DNA of 64,000 nucleotides, taken from NCBI GenBank assembly GCA_964617625.1, contig CAZTZL010000003.1:10130-74129 (forward strand). Direction: 5' to 3'. The translations under genes and the position numbers were made by a program. The notes beneath the pieces are model-generated. The model saw nothing but the letters and a program-made list of their open reading frames with translations, searched no databases and was not told the DNA's origin. How positions within the stretch are numbered: position 1 is the first letter of the stretch; every line of letters begins with the position of its first letter. This document shows, piece after piece, positions 60,527-64,000 of the stretch. Source of the DNA: an uncultured bacterium. Lineage in GTDB: Bacteria; Zhuqueibacterota; QNDG01; DSAB01.

Positions 60527-60829
60527 TTATATTTCATAATCGACTACTTTCCGCTCTGAACGGATCTTGCTGACAAAATCAGCAACTACCCGATGTTCCG
60601 GATGATTCTGATATAATTCAAGATCTTTCCGATTCTTAAACTCTGAATAGAGAATCACATCATACGCATGATCGGACGAACTGAAATTAACACCCAGTTC
60701 AAGAGTTTTGATTTCCGGAATGAGTTCTTTAAGCCTTTCGAGTTTTTCTCTCAAAACAGACACGTTGTCTGCTCTGCTTTTTCCTTCTGCAAACGCTTTC
60801 AATTTCCACATCACAATATGTTTAACCAT
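60527..60829 (-). CDS. Dabb (stress-responsive dimeric alpha+beta barrel) family protein
   Basis: 100 aa. MVKHIVMWKLK...YDVILYSEFKNRKDLELYQNHPEHRVV is the Dabb/Stress_responsive A/B barrel pattern. Confidence 0.55.
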   Translation of the reverse strand: MVKHIVMWKLKAFAEGKSRADNVSVLREKLERLKELIPEIKTLELGVNFSSSDHAYDVILYSEFKNRKDLELYQNHPEHRVVADFVSKIRSERKVVDYEI

Positions 60830-60888
60830 CTGTCCGGTCTCATGTATTATTAATTATACTATTATAAATTTAAATAAAATCTGCTCGA

Positions 60889-62877
60889 TTATGTATTTTT
60901 AAGCTCGGCTCCAATCGGCTGGTACTTGGAATCGGTTTGCTCGAAAAACCGGCTGAAAAACTCATAGAATTCGAGACGAACCGCTTGAATCGTAACAACC
61001 AGTCCTTCAAGACCGATAATGAGCACATTACCGAAAAAAATAACCAATCCGGAAATGAGTCCGCCTGCCATCCCCTGAACGGCATCGGAAAGAGAAAAAA
61101 TCGCCATAAAAAGTCCGGCATGGGCGAGACCGAATGCAGCCACACGAATAAAGGAAACCGTATTCGCCAGAAAGCCGAGAAAAATTTCCAAAATTTCTAC
61201 TATTCCTCCCATGATGCCCGTAGTCACTCCTTCGGGGAAAAGCTTTTTCTTCCCTTCTGCCAAATGCAGAATGGGTTCCCTGAAAAAAAGGAGAAGAACA
61301 GCGCTTAACATCAGGATGATGACAAAAACCGGCACTTCTCCTTTGGCTTCGGCCTGAGTGGTGAGCATGCGTGTCACGACGACAATGCCGGACCAATAGA
61401 GAATGGCTGCAAGGAGACCTGCCTTGTCGAAAATCAATCCGAGAAAATTTCGTTTTCGAATACCATTAATGATATTGATCACCATGGCCAGCGTGATCAT
61501 TCCAATTCCGAAATAGATCGCCAGTTTAAAAAGCTCCGAGATGGAATCTATCGGTTTGATCCAGAGTGTCGGCAGGAGGTGCTCCACTCCGAAAATACTT
61601 CCAAAAAGAAATCCATATACAATGCTGGCGCAGCCGCCGTAAAAAAGCAGCACACCTGCATGTTTAAATAACTGTTTTTTACTTTTCAGCGCCATAATAA
61701 TTCCTGCAAGCGCCAGAACCAGTCCGTGCCCCACATCACCGAACATCATACCGAACATCAATAAAAAACTGATCCCCAGAAGAGGAGTCGGATCGATAGT
61801 GCGATAGGCAGGCATGCCGTATGTCGATGTCAACAACTCAAAGGGTTTCAGAAAAGAGGGATTCTTCAACTGTACTGGAACCTGCACTTTTCCGCTGCGA
61901 ACGGACATCACATCTTCAGCCCGGGTTTCTTCAACAACACAGCGGTTCTGGGTCACTTTTCTGATTTCCCGAATAAAAGGCTCCCTTTCCTCATAGGGAA
62001 GCCATCCGGACAGCAGGTAGGTTCTTTCGGTTTTGCGAAAGAACTGCATCATTTTTTGTTTGACGCTGTCCCGACGGATTCTAAAATGTGCAGTCCGCAA
62101 AAAGTGTCCGTTTTCACTGGCAATAGAGCGAATCCGGTTTTCGACAGACAGTTTCTGATGCTGCAGATCGTCTATTTTCGAATCCAGTTCCTTAAAGATT
62201 TCCGGTGATAGCTTCCGGTCTTTTTCCGTGAATTCGAGGGGTTGAAATCCTGCATCCTTTAGTGCGCTGTTCAGTTTCTCCTTGTCCCGCTTCAACACAA
62301 TCACCATGATCGTGCTCATTCCGCCGAACTGTGTTAAAGGATACAGAATATGAACCACAGAAGCAAGTTTTTGTTTAAGGATTTGAAGATTTTCGTCCGC
62401 TACACGGCCGGTTTCTACGGCAAGGTAGGAATAGTGTTCTCCTGTTCCGATGGGTATCCCAAGAGCAGGCAGGTCGCCCGCTTTGTCCCGAAGCTCCGTT
62501 AACCGATCGAGTTCTTTTTCAATTCCTTCCTGACGCGTGACCTCTTCACGAACAGTTCTCTCGATGTCCAGAATTTTAGGATCGATATCGTCCCACTTCT
62601 CCTGAGCCGGTTCGATATCGCGTGTATCGTCCGAAAGAGAAAGCGATTTAACAAGCGATTCGATCCGTTCCCGGCGTGTACGCATTTCACTGGGTTCATC
62701 CCCCGTGCCGACTTTGGAGAGATGTTCCGCCCAGCTGTCCATTTCGGCCGCATCCGTCATTTGAAGGATACCCTGACGGACTACGACATCGGCAACCGGA
62801 TCCAGATCCTTTTCGGAAAATAAAATCTGAATTTGTTCCATTTTTTCAGGTGTAAACATCATTCTCTCACATAACAA
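60889..62877 (-). CDS. V/A-type ATPase subunit I (a)
   Basis: 662 aa. Cytoplasmic coiled N-terminal half, multi-TM C-terminal half with the conserved LAHAGL...R region (VSFIRVAAFGLAHAGL). Confidence 0.85.
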   Translation of the reverse strand: MLCERMMFTPEKMEQIQILFSEKDLDPVADVVVRQGILQMTDAAEMDSWAEHLSKVGTGDEPSEMRTRRERIESLVKSLSLSDDTRDIEPAQEKWDDIDPKILDIERTVREEVTRQEGIEKELDRLTELRDKAGDLPALGIPIGTGEHYSYLAVETGRVADENLQILKQKLASVVHILYPLTQFGGMSTIMVIVLKRDKEKLNSALKDAGFQPLEFTEKDRKLSPEIFKELDSKIDDLQHQKLSVENRIRSIASENGHFLRTAHFRIRRDSVKQKMMQFFRKTERTYLLSGWLPYEEREPFIREIRKVTQNRCVVEETRAEDVMSVRSGKVQVPVQLKNPSFLKPFELLTSTYGMPAYRTIDPTPLLGISFLLMFGMMFGDVGHGLVLALAGIIMALKSKKQLFKHAGVLLFYGGCASIVYGFLFGSIFGVEHLLPTLWIKPIDSISELFKLAIYFGIGMITLAMVINIINGIRKRNFLGLIFDKAGLLAAILYWSGIVVVTRMLTTQAEAKGEVPVFVIILMLSAVLLLFFREPILHLAEGKKKLFPEGVTTGIMGGIVEILEIFLGFLANTVSFIRVAAFGLAHAGLFMAIFSLSDAVQGMAGGLISGLVIFFGNVLIIGLEGLVVTIQAVRLEFYEFFSRFFEQTDSKYQPIGAELKNT

Positions 62878-63898
62878 GCAAATTCTCTATGTCCTTGGGA
62901 GGCAGGCCATAGATCTTTGCCTGAATCAGTGTTCTTATATTTCTGGTCTCAATTCTGATCAAATAAAAATATCCGAATATCGCTCCGATGGAAAATGGAA
63001 ATTGAATAAACGCTTTTTCCGCTTCATCTAATAAAATCTGATATAACACTTTTTCCATGAATTCCAGAACAGCATTCTCATCGCTTTTTTCACCTGATGG
63101 AACTTCAAACCCTTTCATAACTGACGAAAATGCCTTTGTATAATTTCCGGTGGCAATCACTTCCCGGAGAACGTCCATCGACAAATGATAACCGGATGAG
63201 AGAAGCATATGACCAATATCCGCTGTCGGGATTTCATAATATTTTTTAAAACGGCTGAGCCAGTCGAGGTTCTTTAAATCAACCTCGATTCCCAGCAACC
63301 GCCTGGCCACACGGCGGTCGTCTTTACTCATACCTTTCATCACATCGTGGATAGCGTCGAACAAAAATTTATCAAGAGACAATTCAACAGGAAAAAGTGT
63401 ATGTTTCTCATTGTAAACAGAAATAGCCTCACTCAATGGTTTTTGAAAAGGTGTATCATTGAGAAGAAGGGCGATTTCCGACAGATTTTGAGCCGATAGA
63501 ATCTCTTTCACAGGAAAAGCGTACAGAATTTTCCAGTCAATAAACTCTGTCTCTTTTTGAGATTTCTTATGCCATAATCTCAGAAGAATTTTAAGTTTTT
63601 CGCAGTCGTACCTTTCTAAAAACCATTGAACTATCTGCTTCGGAGTACTCTGACTGTATTTTTCAATTTTCTTGAGCCGGACGATTTCTTCATAAAGCAG
63701 GATTTGTTCAATTTCGATGGGATCTTTTTGATCGGAATTTCTCAACGCATCCTGATAAACCGTTTTCGATAAAACAGAGGACATCTCGCGAAGATCGCGG
63801 GTTTCGATGAGAGAACGATACATACGGGAGGTCATGAGAAAAGAGCGCATGGCTCTGACCTTTGCATTTAAAAATCCGTATGTTCCGATCCGTGTCAT
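62867..63898 (-). CDS. V/A-type ATPase subunit C (d)
   Basis: 343 aa all-helical protein. MTRIGTYGFLNAKVRAMRSFLM is the typical NtpC/d N-terminus. Confidence 0.8.
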   Translation of the reverse strand: MTRIGTYGFLNAKVRAMRSFLMTSRMYRSLIETRDLREMSSVLSKTVYQDALRNSDQKDPIEIEQILLYEEIVRLKKIEKYSQSTPKQIVQWFLERYDCEKLKILLRLWHKKSQKETEFIDWKILYAFPVKEILSAQNLSEIALLLNDTPFQKPLSEAISVYNEKHTLFPVELSLDKFLFDAIHDVMKGMSKDDRRVARRLLGIEVDLKNLDWLSRFKKYYEIPTADIGHMLLSSGYHLSMDVLREVIATGNYTKAFSSVMKGFEVPSGEKSDENAVLEFMEKVLYQILLDEAEKAFIQFPFSIGAIFGYFYLIRIETRNIRTLIQAKIYGLPPKDIENLLVM

Positions 63899-63901
63899 GT
63901 T

Positions 63902-64000
63902 TATTTGATCTCCTTGCCCAGCACAAAATTAAAAAGTGTATCCACAGATTTTTCAATCTGCTTATGTTTCTCCTCCCAGAGGGATTGACTGGTCTCAACC
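63902..64000 (-). CDS. 3' end of an upstream ORF (partial, 32 codons), possibly another V-ATPase accessory subunit
   Basis: Own translation ...ETSQSLWEEKHKQIEKSVDTLFNFVLGKEIK*, with the stop 2 nt before the subunit C start. Confidence 0.3.

Noticed and set aside
63708-63998. 96-aa minus-strand ORF at the window end
   Set aside because: A different frame from the short ORF whose stop is correctly positioned 2 nt before the V-ATPase C start. Arg/Ser-rich and low-complexity.

Overview
This 64 kb window has three parts and looks like it comes from a T9SS-bearing (FCB-group-like) bacterium: T9SS C-terminal sorting domains, a PorV-like outer-membrane protein, TonB receptors and LacI regulators are all present.

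(1) Positions 1 to ~32.6 kb hold an unbroken run of about 20 minus-strand genes, all secreted carbohydrate-active enzymes: GH29 x2, a GH42 remnant, GH5, two paralogous GH3, GH51, CE1 esterase, GH31, GH27, a type-B carboxylesterase, GH43 x2 (one with CBM13), GH97 and an unclassified six-hairpin-like protein. The enzyme set matches a xyloglucan/hemicellulose side-chain degradation locus, but there is no SusC/SusD pair. At its upstream end (30.0-32.6 kb) sits an unusual cytoplasmic module: a rhamnose-mutarotase-like protein, a fused cytidylyltransferase-like/GHMP sugar-kinase, and a close homologue of plant GDP-mannose 3,5-epimerase. The last two genes overlap by 1 nt.

(2) Positions 32.8-43.9 kb carry a vWA/PA14 lipoprotein, a PorV-like barrel, a 1188-aa protein with a T9SS C-terminal domain in the PorU position, a TonB-dependent receptor and a LacI regulator. 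A 26-bp perfect palindrome and a degenerate second copy lie at the expected operator positions. Next comes a tRNA-Phe(GAA) followed by two to three tandem ~148-bp repeats, each carrying a copy of the tRNA 3' end (att-like).

(3) Positions 44-64 kb hold plus-strand housekeeping genes (OmpA-family, dGTPase-like HD, lipid kinase, PlsC, a short GlmU-like nucleotidyltransferase, GNAT). After them is a minus-strand V/A-type ATPase operon (C, I, K, F, E, A, B ... D). Between B and D it is interrupted by a T9SS-targeted S8 subtilisin and a PrsW-like membrane protease. Between K and I sits a Dabb-type stress protein. PtsN-like EIIA and UspA follow the D subunit.

All calls rest on motif-level reading of the translated ORFs. 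No database search was possible.
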